A stretch of DNA of 64,000 nucleotides from an uncultured Gemmatimonadaceae bacterium (GCA_963781585.1 CAWAGQ010000002.1:96001-160000); one strand, 5' to 3'; positions 30,861 through 41,190 are shown, counted from the stretch's first letter. Made by a program: numbers and translations. Notes: generated by a model from the letters alone, not told the origin.

Positions 30861-30902
30861 GAACGCGCCGGCGCGAGCACCCAGACTCGCGCCGGCGCGT
30901 TC
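30861..30902. repeat. perfect 17-bp inverted repeat (hairpin)
   Basis: GAACGCGCCGGCGCGAG-N8-CTCGCGCCGGCGCGTTC. Confidence 0.85.
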
Positions 30903-30921
30903 GACTGCGCACCTTCCGGTT

Positions 30922-33615
30922 GTGCTGCGCGACGTTCACGACCATGCTCTTCCGCCCGATCACGGAGCCTTCGTCGCCGGCGGACCGCCCAGCGGCCGCA
31001 TCATCGTCATTGCACCCACGCGCGCCGCCTGCGAAACGATCGAGCTCGCGCTGGCTCTGCATCTCGACACCGTGCTCGAGCGAGAGCATGGAGCCGAGAT
31101 CCGTGCCCTGGCACGGGAACGCCGGGCGTTTGGAATCGTTGCCGGCACGGGGACGGGCAAGACCCTTGCCATCCGGCTCATCGCCGAGGAACTCCTGGCC
31201 ACCACCACGCTGCGCGTCGGGGTGGTGAATCGCGAGCGGGAGGCAACGCCGGAGACGCCGACCTGGAACGTCATCATCGTGACCACCGGGATTGCGCGGC
31301 GCTGGTTCGAGGATGGAGACATCCTCCCGGCCGACACCCTGGTGGTCGACGAGATCCACCAGACGTCCGCCGAGCTGGAACTGTGTCTCGCCCTTGGCCG
31401 TCGCGTGGGATGTCGGTTCATCTGGCTCTCGGCCACGGTCGACCCGCGGTTCTACGCGCGATACCTGAATTCGGCAGCAGTGATCGACAGTCGTGCGTTC
31501 GACCCCGCAAGAGCTGCCACCGTGAAGGTGGTGCGCGACGACCCCGCCACCTTTCTCAGCGATCGGTTCCTGCAGCACGTCGTGCGGCGTCGCCGCGGTG
31601 TGGGCGTGTTCCTCCCAACACGGGCGTCGGTGGAGAGCGTCGCGGCCGACGTTGCGGCGCGCTTTCCCAGGATCACGGCCGCGTTCTACCACGGAGGCGA
31701 GCCGATTCGCGTCATCCGTCCGTTTCTCGAGGACGGCGTGGCGAAACCCTACCTCCTCGCCATGACTGCGGCGGGCCAGAGTTCCATCAACGTGAAGGGG
31801 CTGGATACCGTCGTCATCGATGATTCACGCTTCGCCAACGTCGTGGAGCACGGGCGCAACGTGCTGACGCGCCTGCATCTGGGCGCCAACGAAATCCTGC
31901 AGATGGCCGGGCGCGTTCATGGACGCGTCGAGAACGGGGAAGTCTTCATCCTCAGCGATCGCGACCTGCATTTCGACGCGCTGGAGCCGACCGAGCCGGA
32001 ATTTCAGCTGGCCGGCGATTCCGAGCGGGTGGCCATTACCTGCGCCGCGCTCGGCGTGCGCGCCGATGAGCTCGAGCTGCCGGTCCCGCTGGATCGCCGG
32101 GCCTACCGGCGTGCGCTGGCGTTGCTCGAGGAGCGCGGCATCGTGGCGGACGGGCGCCTCACGCGCTACGGCCGTCTGGTCGAGGCAACGCCGGTGGAGC
32201 GCCCCTGGGCGGAGTTGCTCGTACATGCCGACGACGGCCTCCTGCCGTACGTCGCGGTCATGGCGTCGACCGAATCACTGCACCGCATGACCCGTGAGGA
32301 CCGCGACCTGAGTGGCCTGGTCATTCCGGGGAGCGATCATCTCACGGCGTACAACGTGTACGCCGACGCGTATGCGCGGTCCGGCTACGTCGGTCAGGTG
32401 TACGGCCTCCCGCGGCACCTCTTCGATGAAGGGACGATCGCGCAGTGGGCGGAGCGCCGCGGGGTGCTGGTTCGCGCGATCGAGGATTCGGCGCTCGCCG
32501 TGGCCAGCGTATGTCGCGCGCTCGAGGTGGAGCTCCCAGGTACGCTGCCGCGCGCCACCGACGAGGTGCGGCGCGGTTTGTGCGAGCTGGTGGCGCGAGT
32601 CATGCCATTTGCGCTGGTGATCGACGAGGAAACGGTCGACGGCCGGGAGGCCCGCGTGTCGAAGAGCAGCGTCTGCGGCTCGTGGGGAGCGATTGCCGGC
32701 GACCTGCGCTACTTCGCCGACCGTTTCGGAGTGCCACGCGCGAGCATCGAAGGAACGCAGCTGCCGATGTCCCTCGTGCGGAAACACGCCGTTCGCGAGC
32801 CGGCCGAGTTGGCGTTCGACCCGACGGGAAAGAGGGACCGGCTCGTGTTGCGGAGTCGGGTGCGCTATTTCGGCTTCGAGCTCGAGCGGTCGGAGCAGCC
32901 GGTGGGGACATTTCCGGCCGACCAGGCGGCGCGGGCCCGCCGCCTTCTGGCGGAGGCGCTGGCCAGTGGGGAAGCACGACATCCGGCCGTACGGAGATAC
33001 CGGCACGTGATCGAGGAGACGCGCGAGCTGTATCGTCGTTCGGGTGGGTCGACGGCACGGCTGGGGTTCGCCGAACTCGCGGCGCTCTACGGGGTGGCGC
33101 TGTCCGGCGTCACGTCCATGGAGGAGTACCGGGCGGCGCCACTGCGACTTCCGCTGGACGACCTGGTGGCCGAGGAGGAGCGCGAGCGGTTGCGCGACCT
33201 TCCGGACGCGGTCGAGTTGCGCGGCAAGTGGATCGGCATCGAATACGATCTTGAGGAGTCCGGCGCGGCGGACCAGGCTGCAGCGCGGCAATCGGCACCC
33301 GGCGCCGGCGATGCCGTGAGCAATGGCGGCCGAATGACTGCCGTCGCGCGTCTGCGGCTGCCGGAGAAGCTCGCTCGCATGCTCACGGCCGACGATCTGC
33401 CGGCGCTGGACCGTCCGCTCCGGTTCGTGGTGACGCGGGGTGCGCGCGGCGCGGTGCGCGCCCCCACGCTGGAGGCGCTTCAGCAGGCACTGGATGCGCC
33501 GTGGTCGCCGGACCGGCCTGTCGTCGCCGGTCCGGCGGGGCGTCCCACACAGCCTCGGCGACAGCGCCCGGCGGCGCGGCCCGGGCCGCACCGCCGCGGG
33601 CGGCCACGTCGTTAG
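30922..33615 (+). CDS. SF2 DExH helicase (HrpA/HrpB-like, atypical N-terminus)
   Basis: AGTGTGKT, DEIH, SAT, VFLPT, QMAGRVHGR, GRLTRYG. Confidence 0.85.
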   Translation: MLRDVHDHALPPDHGAFVAGGPPSGRIIVIAPTRAACETIELALALHLDTVLEREHGAEIRALARERRAFGIVAGTGTGKTLAIRLIAEELLATTTLRVGVVNREREATPETPTWNVIIVTTGIARRWFEDGDILPADTLVVDEIHQTSAELELCLALGRRVGCRFIWLSATVDPRFYARYLNSAAVIDSRAFDPARAATVKVVRDDPATFLSDRFLQHVVRRRRGVGVFLPTRASVESVAADVAARFPRITAAFYHGGEPIRVIRPFLEDGVAKPYLLAMTAAGQSSINVKGLDTVVIDDSRFANVVEHGRNVLTRLHLGANEILQMAGRVHGRVENGEVFILSDRDLHFDALEPTEPEFQLAGDSERVAITCAALGVRADELELPVPLDRRAYRRALALLEERGIVADGRLTRYGRLVEATPVERPWAELLVHADDGLLPYVAVMASTESLHRMTREDRDLSGLVIPGSDHLTAYNVYADAYARSGYVGQVYGLPRHLFDEGTIAQWAERRGVLVRAIEDSALAVASVCRALEVELPGTLPRATDEVRRGLCELVARVMPFALVIDEETVDGREARVSKSSVCGSWGAIAGDLRYFADRFGVPRASIEGTQLPMSLVRKHAVREPAELAFDPTGKRDRLVLRSRVRYFGFELERSEQPVGTFPADQAARARRLLAEALASGEARHPAVRRYRHVIEETRELYRRSGGSTARLGFAELAALYGVALSGVTSMEEYRAAPLRLPLDDLVAEEERERLRDLPDAVELRGKWIGIEYDLEESGAADQAAARQSAPGAGDAVSNGGRMTAVARLRLPEKLARMLTADDLPALDRPLRFVVTRGARGAVRAPTLEALQQALDAPWSPDRPVVAGPAGRPTQPRRQRPAARPGPHRRGRPRR

Positions 33616-34127
33616 GCGCCAGGGACCTCGGCGGTGTACGTTTCCGAGCGCCAGGGCCGGAATCCGCGGGCGAGGTAGTTCGGAAGGGCAGCCGGGTGGT
33701 CGAGCGTGCAGGTATGGAGCCAGACGCGTCGCGCTCCCAGCGCCCAGGCTTCCTCCACCGCCCGGGAGAGCAGAAACCTGCCCAATCCGCGGCCGATATG
33801 GGGCTGCGTCAGGCCGAAGTAGGCGATCTCCGCCGAACCGTCCTCGTGGCGCACGAGCTCGAAGTAGCCGGCGGGATCGTGCGCCAGGCGAAGGATCCAG
33901 ATGGCGACCTCGGGCCGCGCCAGGTAGGTCGCGAGCTGCTCGTCTGACCAGTGGTCCCGGTCGTGCCAGTGAAAGGGGCGCCCCACCGACGCGTACAGGG
34001 CCCGGTAGAGCGTGACGTCGCAGAGCGCCTGTTCCAGGACCGCGGACGGCTCGGGTGGCACGGCCCGCCGCAGCTGCTCGGGGCTGTGCATCTCGAGCCA
34101 GGTACGGACCACGGTTACCGCGGGCAT
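33612..34127 (-). CDS. GNAT acetyltransferase
   Basis: EIAYFGL, IGRGLGR, WLHTCTLDHPAALPNYLARGF. Confidence 0.9.
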   Translation of the reverse strand: MPAVTVVRTWLEMHSPEQLRRAVPPEPSAVLEQALCDVTLYRALYASVGRPFHWHDRDHWSDEQLATYLARPEVAIWILRLAHDPAGYFELVRHEDGSAEIAYFGLTQPHIGRGLGRFLLSRAVEEAWALGARRVWLHTCTLDHPAALPNYLARGFRPWRSETYTAEVPGA

Positions 34128-34223
34128 GCGACGAGCGGACCGGTCGACGGCTGGTGCCCGTCGTGCCCCGGCAGGTGGATCGTGACGGGCACCGGACCGG
34201 CATGTGCGCCGGTCCGCTGCGCG

Positions 34224-34940
34224 TTAGGCGTCGGGTTCTTCGCCCGGTGACAGCGGCGACGCATTCGCGGCGTGGCGGTCGTCGGCGCGTCCGCGGGCGC
34301 GGAAGCGAGCGGCCTTGGCGCGGTTCCCGCAGGTCGCCATGTCGCACCATCGCCGCCGTCCGTTCCGCGTGGAGTCGTAGAACACCCGCGGACACCGGGG
34401 GTCGGCGCACTGTCGCACCCGTACCAGCTCATTGTGCACCAGGGCCTCGGCGGCCGACTCGACCACCGGGATCATCAGGCCGGCGAACGCATCGCCGACG
34501 GGAACGAAGCTCTGCCGAAACGAACCGTCCGACCGCCACTCCACCCGGCGGGTGCCGGCGCTTCTGCCCAACACGCGGTTGATCTCCAGCAGCGCGTCGG
34601 CGCGGGTGCGCTCCGACGTGGCGCCCCGCTCGGCCAGCGTGCGCAGGGCGGCCCGCACGCGGCGTGCATCGACGAGGGCAGCGGCGGCGCCGGCGGGCTG
34701 CTGGACGGCGCGTCGCGCAATACCGACGGCGCGCTCCGCGTCCAGCACGCGTGTCGTCTCGAGCCACCGCACCAGCGTGTCGAAATCCCGAAGCACATCG
34801 ACTCGCACGCCCCGGCGCGCGTCGTCGGTGTTCACGAAGTCGAGCCAGAGGCGCTCGCCGACGAAGACGAACGGAACCTCCGACGACTCGACGGACAACA
34901 GGGCGTGGCTCACAGGATCGTGGTGCAGGAGAAGCGACAT
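34224..34940 (-). CDS. ABATE / CGNR zinc-finger protein
   Basis: LWLDFVNT; CADPRC...FYDSTRNGRRRWCDMATCGNRAK. Confidence 0.92.
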   Translation of the reverse strand: MSLLLHHDPVSHALLSVESSEVPFVFVGERLWLDFVNTDDARRGVRVDVLRDFDTLVRWLETTRVLDAERAVGIARRAVQQPAGAAAALVDARRVRAALRTLAERGATSERTRADALLEINRVLGRSAGTRRVEWRSDGSFRQSFVPVGDAFAGLMIPVVESAAEALVHNELVRVRQCADPRCPRVFYDSTRNGRRRWCDMATCGNRAKAARFRARGRADDRHAANASPLSPGEEPDA

Positions 34941-35142
34941 TCGGGCCAAGCTTACGTGTCGATCCAGGCGCGTGCAAGCGAGTCTCGTCTCTCCCCACGC
35001 GGCGCTAGATTGCCCTCGGCGTCGCTTCGGTCCCCATTGCCCCAGGCTGCGCAATGCCGCATTCCCCGCATCGATTCATGACGGATGAGAACGGGATGGA
35101 CGGTTCAGTGGACGTCGGTCGGGCCGCCGGCCGGAGAGCCAC

Positions 35143-35616
35143 ATGACGCCCGCGCGCCCCTTCGTGGTGCATGAATATGTTCGGTGGAGCGATGTCGATC
35201 CGATGGGCATCATCCGATACGATGCCTACACGCGCTTCTTCGAGCTCGCCGAGTCCGAACTGTTCCGCGCGGTGGGCGTGCCGCACAGCGCGCTGCAGGA
35301 GCGCTTCCGCGTCTCCATTCCGCGACGGGTGATGCACATGGAGTTCGTCTCGCCACCGGTGCTCGACGAGCGTCTCGAAGTCCGCACCTATGTGAGCGGG
35401 GTCGGAAGGACCTCGCTGACGATGAACTTCGACATCCATGGCAACGGTGGCCAGGTGAGATGCACCGGCTATCTGGTGCTCGTCTGCGTGCAATCCGATG
35501 GGGGGCGCATCGTCGGACGGGCCTGGCCGCCGGAGCTTCTGGCGCTGCTGGCGCCGTTTCGCGTGACCACCGAGCAGGCCCGTGCCGGCGCCGCCTCATC
35601 ACCGAACGCGTCCTGA
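35143..35616 (+). CDS. acyl-CoA thioesterase (4-HBT/YbgC hotdog family)
   Basis: VRWSDVDPMGII, YTRFFE, VGRTSL. Confidence 0.88.
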   Translation: MTPARPFVVHEYVRWSDVDPMGIIRYDAYTRFFELAESELFRAVGVPHSALQERFRVSIPRRVMHMEFVSPPVLDERLEVRTYVSGVGRTSLTMNFDIHGNGGQVRCTGYLVLVCVQSDGGRIVGRAWPPELLALLAPFRVTTEQARAGAASSPNAS

Positions 35617-35689
35617 GCTGTCCCGGCGCGGCTGCGCGTCGACCGGCCGTTTCTCGGCCCGGGCGACGTGCGTCTATATTCCACACGCG

Positions 35690-36955
35690 ATGGCGTCCCG
35701 ACTTCCCGACACGTACTACCGGAAGGGCCTCGGTCTCAAGGCCGAGGTGCAGGGTGCTCTGTCGGCTGATTATGCGGGCTGGATCGTCGACGTGCTCCGG
35801 GAACGCGAGGGGGTGCTCACCGTAGGCGAGGTCACGGTGGTCCTGGCCCGCGAATTCGGTTTCTGCTACGGCGTGGAGCGGGCAGTCGAATACGCGTACC
35901 AGGCTCGTCGCAAGTTCCCCGACCGTCGCATCTTCCTGGCCGGAGAGATCATCCACAATCCGCACGTGAACGAGAAGCTGCGGCGGATGGGAATCGTGAT
36001 TCTGGGACCGCACGACCGCCGGGAGGACGAGCCGCGGTTCGACTACGCGGAGGTGGGGACGGATGACGTGGTGGTGCTCCCCGCCTTTGGCGTCACCATC
36101 CGGGACTTCGAGGCGCTGCGGGCACGCGGCTGCATCGTGGTCGACACCACGTGCGGCTCGGTGCTGAATGTCTGGAAGCGGGTCGAGAGTTACGCCCGCG
36201 ACGGCTTCACGGCGCTGATTCACGGGAAGTGGTACCACGAGGAGACGCGGGCGACGGCATCGCAGGTGCGGCGCTTTGCCGACGGGCACTACGTGATCGT
36301 GCGTGACATGAACGAGACGCGCCTGGTGTGCGAGTTCATCGAGGCTCTGGGTGCCGGGGAGCCGGATGCGGAGCGGGTCGCCGCCTTTCGCGCACGGTTT
36401 GCCCATGCGGTGTCGCCGGGATTCGAGCCGGTGCGGCATCTCCGGCGAATCGGGGTGGCCAACCAGACCACCATGCTGGCGCGCGAATCGCTCGCGATCG
36501 GTGAGGAGGTGGGTGGGGCGGTGGAACGCGCCTTTGGCGCGGCCTACCGGGAGCAGCACTTCCGCACCTTCGATACCATCTGCTCGGCGACTCAGGATCG
36601 GCAGGATGCCGTCCTGGCGCTGTTGGGCGAGCCGCTGCACGCGATGGTGGTGGTGGGCGGGTTCAATTCGAGCAACACGCTATCGCTGGCGGCGCTGTGC
36701 GCCGAGAAGGTGACCACGTATCATGTCGAGGACGCGGCGAACATCGATCCGGCGGCGAACGAGATCCGATATCGGCCGACCGGGCGTCACGACGACGAGG
36801 CGGTGGCGCGCGACTGGATACCGCGCGCCGGGCCGGTGCGGGTGGGCATCACCGCCGGAGCGAGCACGCCGAACAATCGTATTGGGGAGGCGGTGGCGAA
36901 CATTTTCGGTACCCGCGGAATCGCGCTCGACCGGCGAGCGCTGGATCCGGAGTAG
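35690..36955 (+). CDS. ispH: 4-hydroxy-3-methylbut-2-enyl diphosphate reductase
   Basis: FGFCYGVERA, EIIHNPHVN, DTTCG, NQTT, TICSATQDRQ, NSSNT, TAGASTP. Confidence 0.95.
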   Translation: MASRLPDTYYRKGLGLKAEVQGALSADYAGWIVDVLREREGVLTVGEVTVVLAREFGFCYGVERAVEYAYQARRKFPDRRIFLAGEIIHNPHVNEKLRRMGIVILGPHDRREDEPRFDYAEVGTDDVVVLPAFGVTIRDFEALRARGCIVVDTTCGSVLNVWKRVESYARDGFTALIHGKWYHEETRATASQVRRFADGHYVIVRDMNETRLVCEFIEALGAGEPDAERVAAFRARFAHAVSPGFEPVRHLRRIGVANQTTMLARESLAIGEEVGGAVERAFGAAYREQHFRTFDTICSATQDRQDAVLALLGEPLHAMVVVGGFNSSNTLSLAALCAEKVTTYHVEDAANIDPAANEIRYRPTGRHDDEAVARDWIPRAGPVRVGITAGASTPNNRIGEAVANIFGTRGIALDRRALDPE

Positions 36956-36974
36956 CCCGACGCTCACGCTTCCC

Positions 36975-38036
36975 GTGCGGTTTCCTTTTCGCGCCAGACC
37001 GGAGAGGCATTTTCCGGCGCCTTCGGACTTCGGGTACGTGGAAGTGCGCGGTGGCGACAGCCGGGTGGTGTGCATCCCGTCGCTGGCCGGGAAGATCGTG
37101 GAGCTGGAGCTGGCCGGCCGGCAGTGGCTGTGGCACAGCGACAGCATTCCGTTCGCGCCGCCGAAGGAGGGCGCGAGCTACGCCGAGACGGCGGACAGCG
37201 GCGGAATGGACGAGTGCTTTCCGACGGTCAGTGCCTGCCGGATTCCGGGCTGGGTGCGCGCCTGGGGCGGGGTGGAGCTGCCCGATCATGGCGAGCTGTG
37301 GTCGCAGGTGCCGGAGCTCGAGATCGAGACGGGTCCCGATGGACAGGCGATCGTGACCACCTGGGAAGGGCGGCGGATGCCCTACCGCCTAACGCGGGTG
37401 GCGCGGGTGGCCCCCGACGGGTCGGTGGTGATGACCTACCATGCCGTCAACGACGCCACCGATCGGGTGCCGTTCATCTGGGCGGGGCATCCGCTCATTC
37501 CGCTCACACCGCAGACGCAGCTGCTGCTGCCGGAGGGCGCGCCCATGCGGGTGTACGCGGCGCACCGGGTGGTGATGGGAGACGCGCGATCGCTCCACCA
37601 CTGGCCGTTCGTGCGTGCGGCGGGGCGGGTGCTCGATTTCCTCACGCCGTACAACGTGGCGAAGGAGTACGCCTGCAAGCTGTTCGTGGACATGCCCGCG
37701 GGACGGGGGTACGCGAGGGTGCGCGAGGGCAGTGTGGAGCTCGAGGTGACGTTCGACACCCGGGAAGTCGGTCAGTTCGGTCTCTGGATCAACCGGGGGG
37801 GCTGGAGTCCGAACAAGCGACAGCGTCCGAACACCAACCTGGCATTCCAGCCGTGCCTCGGCGCCCCCGACTCGCTGACCGACGCGCTGGGGGACTGGAA
37901 GCGTGCCCAGTGGCTCGATCCCGGACAGGTGCGCACCTGGTCGGTGACCTGGCGGGGTCGCGTGGTGCCGCCAGAGCCCGACGGCGACGGGCTCGGGCCG
38001 CCGGCGACGACCGGGGAGATGCGGGCGCCGGCCTAG
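36975..38036 (+). CDS. galactose-mutarotase/aldose-epimerase-like protein
   Basis: GGMDECFPT, PDHGELW, WAGHP; start GTG inferred. Confidence 0.75.
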   Translation: MRFPFRARPERHFPAPSDFGYVEVRGGDSRVVCIPSLAGKIVELELAGRQWLWHSDSIPFAPPKEGASYAETADSGGMDECFPTVSACRIPGWVRAWGGVELPDHGELWSQVPELEIETGPDGQAIVTTWEGRRMPYRLTRVARVAPDGSVVMTYHAVNDATDRVPFIWAGHPLIPLTPQTQLLLPEGAPMRVYAAHRVVMGDARSLHHWPFVRAAGRVLDFLTPYNVAKEYACKLFVDMPAGRGYARVREGSVELEVTFDTREVGQFGLWINRGGWSPNKRQRPNTNLAFQPCLGAPDSLTDALGDWKRAQWLDPGQVRTWSVTWRGRVVPPEPDGDGLGPPATTGEMRAPA

Positions 38037-38068
38037 AAAACACCGTCCGCGGCGTCGATCTTACAGTC

Positions 38069-39147
38069 ATGTCGTCGCTGGAACTGCCGCGATCGCGCGC
38101 GGCCGTGGCCACGCTCATCGGGACCGAGGGGAGCTCACCCAAACGCCCGGGGGCGAAGATGTGGGTGGACGCCGATGGGCGGATCCTCGGGTCGGTGACC
38201 ATCGGTGGCTGCGTCGATGCCCGGGTGATCGAGGAATCGGCGCGGGTACTGGCAGCGCGCGTCCCCTCGCTGGTTTCCATGTCGTTAGGCGACGAGGATG
38301 CCTGGGCGCTCGGCATGACCTGCGGCGGCACCGTGGAGGTGCTGGTGGAGCCGGTGGACCCCGCCGATCCCGCCGACCCGGTGACCCGCGCGCTCGATGA
38401 GGCTGGACGGGAGGCCGCCGCCGGCCGCCGTACAGTGGTGGTCGCCCCGCTCGATGGGGCCACCACCCGCCTGGTGATTCGGGAACACGCGCCACGAACC
38501 GGCACGCTGGGAACGCCCGCGCTGGACGACGCGGCCGAGACCGTGGCGCGCGAGCTGCTGGCTGGCGGCGTCCCGGCAGTGCGCAGCGTCACCGTCGAAG
38601 GGCAGGCGCATCGCCTGTACTTCGAGCCTCACGCTCCCCCCATCACGCTGATCGTGTTCGGCGCGACCCACGTGGCGATGCCCCTGGTGGCGATGGCCCG
38701 GGTGATGGGCCTCCGCACGGTAGTGGTGGATGGACGCGAACGGTTCGCGACCCGCGAGCGGTTCCCCGATGCCGACGAGATCATCGTCGGCATGCCATCC
38801 GAGATTGCCGACCGATTGCCGTTAGGCAGCCGGTCGCTGGTGGTGCTGCTGTCACACGACTACAAGTACGACCTGCCGGTGCTGCGAGCCGTGCTGGCGA
38901 GCGAGGCGGCCTACGTGGGGCTGCTGGGCAGCCGCCGTCGCGGGCGCGCGTTGCTCGACTTCCTGGCCGAGGACGGAGTGCCCCCGATCAACTGGCGCGC
39001 GTCCGGGTTCCCGTCGGGCTCGACATCGGCGCTGCCACGGCCGAGGAGATCGCGCTCAGCGTGCTGGCCGAAGCCTACGCCGTACACCGGCAGCGCCCGG
39101 GCGGCGCGATGCGCGATCGCGATCGGGGACGCGCGTCGACCGCGTGA
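38069..39147 (+). CDS. XdhC/CoxI family Moco chaperone, frameshifted in the C-run at about 38981-38985
   Basis: GSSPKRPGAKM, IGGCVD, GMTCGG, YVGLLGSR; after the shift PVGLDIGAATAEEIALS ends at TGA 39147 overlapping the next GTG. Confidence 0.88.
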
Positions 39148-40185
39148 AGACCGCCCGCGTCAGGCGCGCCGCGTTCGATGACGCCGCGGTGGAGGGGTGG
39201 GTCCTGGCGCGCGACGTCGCCGACGCCTCAGGCCGCGTCGCTCTGGCCAAGGGCCGCATCCTCGCCCCGGACGACAGCGCCCGACTTCGCGAACTGCCGT
39301 GGGACGAACTGCACCTGCTCGCGCCCGGGCCCGACGACCTGCACGAGAGCGACGCGGGAGCGCGACTGGCGCGCGCCGCCGCGGGCCCCGGCGTCGCACC
39401 GGGTCAGCTGAGCGCCGGACACTGGCCGCTCGTGGCGCAGCACCGGGGCGTCCTCCAGGTGAACGTGGCCGGGCTGCAGGACGTGAACCGGCTCTGCGGC
39501 CTCGGCCTGTACACATTGTTCGACGGTCAGGTGGTGGATGCCGGTGAACACGTGGCGCGCGCCAAGATCGTTCCGTTCCTGATTGCGGAGGAAGTAGTTG
39601 TGCAGGCCGAGTCGCTGGCCAGGAGCGCCAATGGGCTGGTTGCGGTCAGGCCGTTCGGCGCTGTCACAGTGGGAGCCGTCGTGCAGGAGTCGCTGGGCGA
39701 GCGCGCGTCGGCCCGGTTTCGCGACGCGTTGACCGAAAAGGTCGAGTGGTTCGGGGCGCGCCTGCTCAAGCCGCGGTTCGTCGCCCCCGAGGCCTCCGCG
39801 GTCGCATCAGCGATCGGGGACGTCGTGGCCGCCGGCGCGTCCGTGGTGACCGTGGCCGGTTCCCGTCCGATGGATCCGCTCGACCCGGCGTTCGAGGCCC
39901 TGGATCGTGTCGGCGCGCGCCTGGAGCGGCACGGCGTGCCGGCACATCCGGGCAGTCTGCTCTGGATGGCGCGGCTCGGCGACATTCCGGTGATTGGCGT
40001 GCCTTCGTGCGGCCTGTTCTCGCGGGCCACCGTCGTGGATCTGGTGCTGCCGCGTCTGCTGGCTGGTTTGCCGGTCGACGCCGCCTGGCTGGGCGGACTC
40101 GGTCACGGCGGGATTTCTCACGCGCGACATGACGTTCCGGTTCCCGCCGTACCGCCCGGCGCGCGATCGGGGAGCGGTCGCCTAG
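39144..40185 (+). CDS. molybdopterin-binding (MoeA/MoCF-like) protein, frameshift near 40110
   Basis: DLHESDA, AKIVP, GVPAHPGSLLW, DLVLPRLLAG, GLGHGG, then FLTRDMTFRFPPY in the shifted frame. Confidence 0.8.
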
Positions 40186-40188
40186 CAC

Positions 40189-41190
40189 ATGACGAATCCC
40201 TACAGTCCCACCCTCATCGCCCACTTCCGCAAGCCGCGGAATCGTGGATCACTGCCCGCGCCAACGATCTCGGAGGAGGGGACCAACCCGCTCTGCGGCG
40301 ATCGCGTGCGGATCGAACTGCTGGTGGAGGGCGGGATAGTCCGCGACGCCCGGTTCACGGCGAATGCGTGCGCGATCTGCGTCGCGTCGGCATCGGTCCT
40401 GACCGATCTGGTCCGGAATGCGCCGCTCGACGAGGTCGAGACGCTCACCGTGGACGACCTGCTCAAGACGCTCAAGGCGACCGTGCCATCGGCACGCCTG
40501 AACTGCGTTCGGCTGCCGCTGACGGTGCTGCACGCCGGGGTCCATCTGCATCGACAACGCTCCGGCGAGGGAGAGGCTGCGCCAACGAGCCGGAGCGCCG
40601 CGGCCGGGATCGTCCTGGCGGCGGGGCTTGCGCGCCGCTTCGGCGCCCAGAAACTCGTTGCCCCGTTCGCCGGATCGACCGTGATCCGTACTACGGTGGA
40701 GCGCTTGCGGGCGGCGCAGATCGACCCCGTGGTCGTGGTGGTGGGGCCCGAAGGCGACGCGATTCGGTCCGCGCTCACCGGGATCGAGGTGTTGTGGGCG
40801 GTGAATCCGGACCCGGGCCGCGGCATGTCGTCGTCGCTCGGCGCGGGGGTCGCTGCGCTGCCCCCGCATGTGGGGGCCGCGTTTGTCGCACTGGGCGATC
40901 AGCCGATGGTTGACCGGTTGGTGCTGGACCAGCTGATGGAGGGGTGGTGGAACGGCGAGCGTCCGATCGTGGCGCCGCGTTATCGGGGTCGCCGCGGCAA
41001 CCCGGTGTTGTTCGATCGATCGCTGTTCGCCGATCTGCAGGCGCTCGAGGGGGACCGCGGTGCACGCGACTACATCGACGCGAACCGGGAGCGGTTGCAG
41101 GTCGTGGATGTGGATGACGCGATGCCGCTCGACGTGGACACGCCGGCCGACTACGATACGCTGCTGCGCGAGCAGCGCCCACCGCGTTAG
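40189..41190 (+). CDS. SufU/IscU-like domain fused to a MocA/MobA-like nucleotidyltransferase
   Basis: HFRKPRNRG, NPLCGD, ACAICVASAS, RLNC; then LAAGLARRFGAQKL, GMSSS, LGDQP, GNPVLF, GDRGAR, DVDTPADY. Confidence 0.88.
   Translation: MTNPYSPTLIAHFRKPRNRGSLPAPTISEEGTNPLCGDRVRIELLVEGGIVRDARFTANACAICVASASVLTDLVRNAPLDEVETLTVDDLLKTLKATVPSARLNCVRLPLTVLHAGVHLHRQRSGEGEAAPTSRSAAAGIVLAAGLARRFGAQKLVAPFAGSTVIRTTVERLRAAQIDPVVVVVGPEGDAIRSALTGIEVLWAVNPDPGRGMSSSLGAGVAALPPHVGAAFVALGDQPMVDRLVLDQLMEGWWNGERPIVAPRYRGRRGNPVLFDRSLFADLQALEGDRGARDYIDANRERLQVVDVDDAMPLDVDTPADYDTLLREQRPPR

Noticed and set aside
32275..34410. Long antisense or alternative-frame ORFs (this one, 61964-63991 and many others)
   Set aside because: They are Arg/Pro/Ala-rich shadow ORFs typical of about 70% GC DNA, with no motifs, opposite well-supported genes.
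37070..40913. 703-aa and 589-aa ORFs as real long proteins
   Set aside because: They are run-on extensions of xdhC and the molybdopterin-binding gene, caused by open GC-rich frames and frameshifts, and they overlap better-supported genes.
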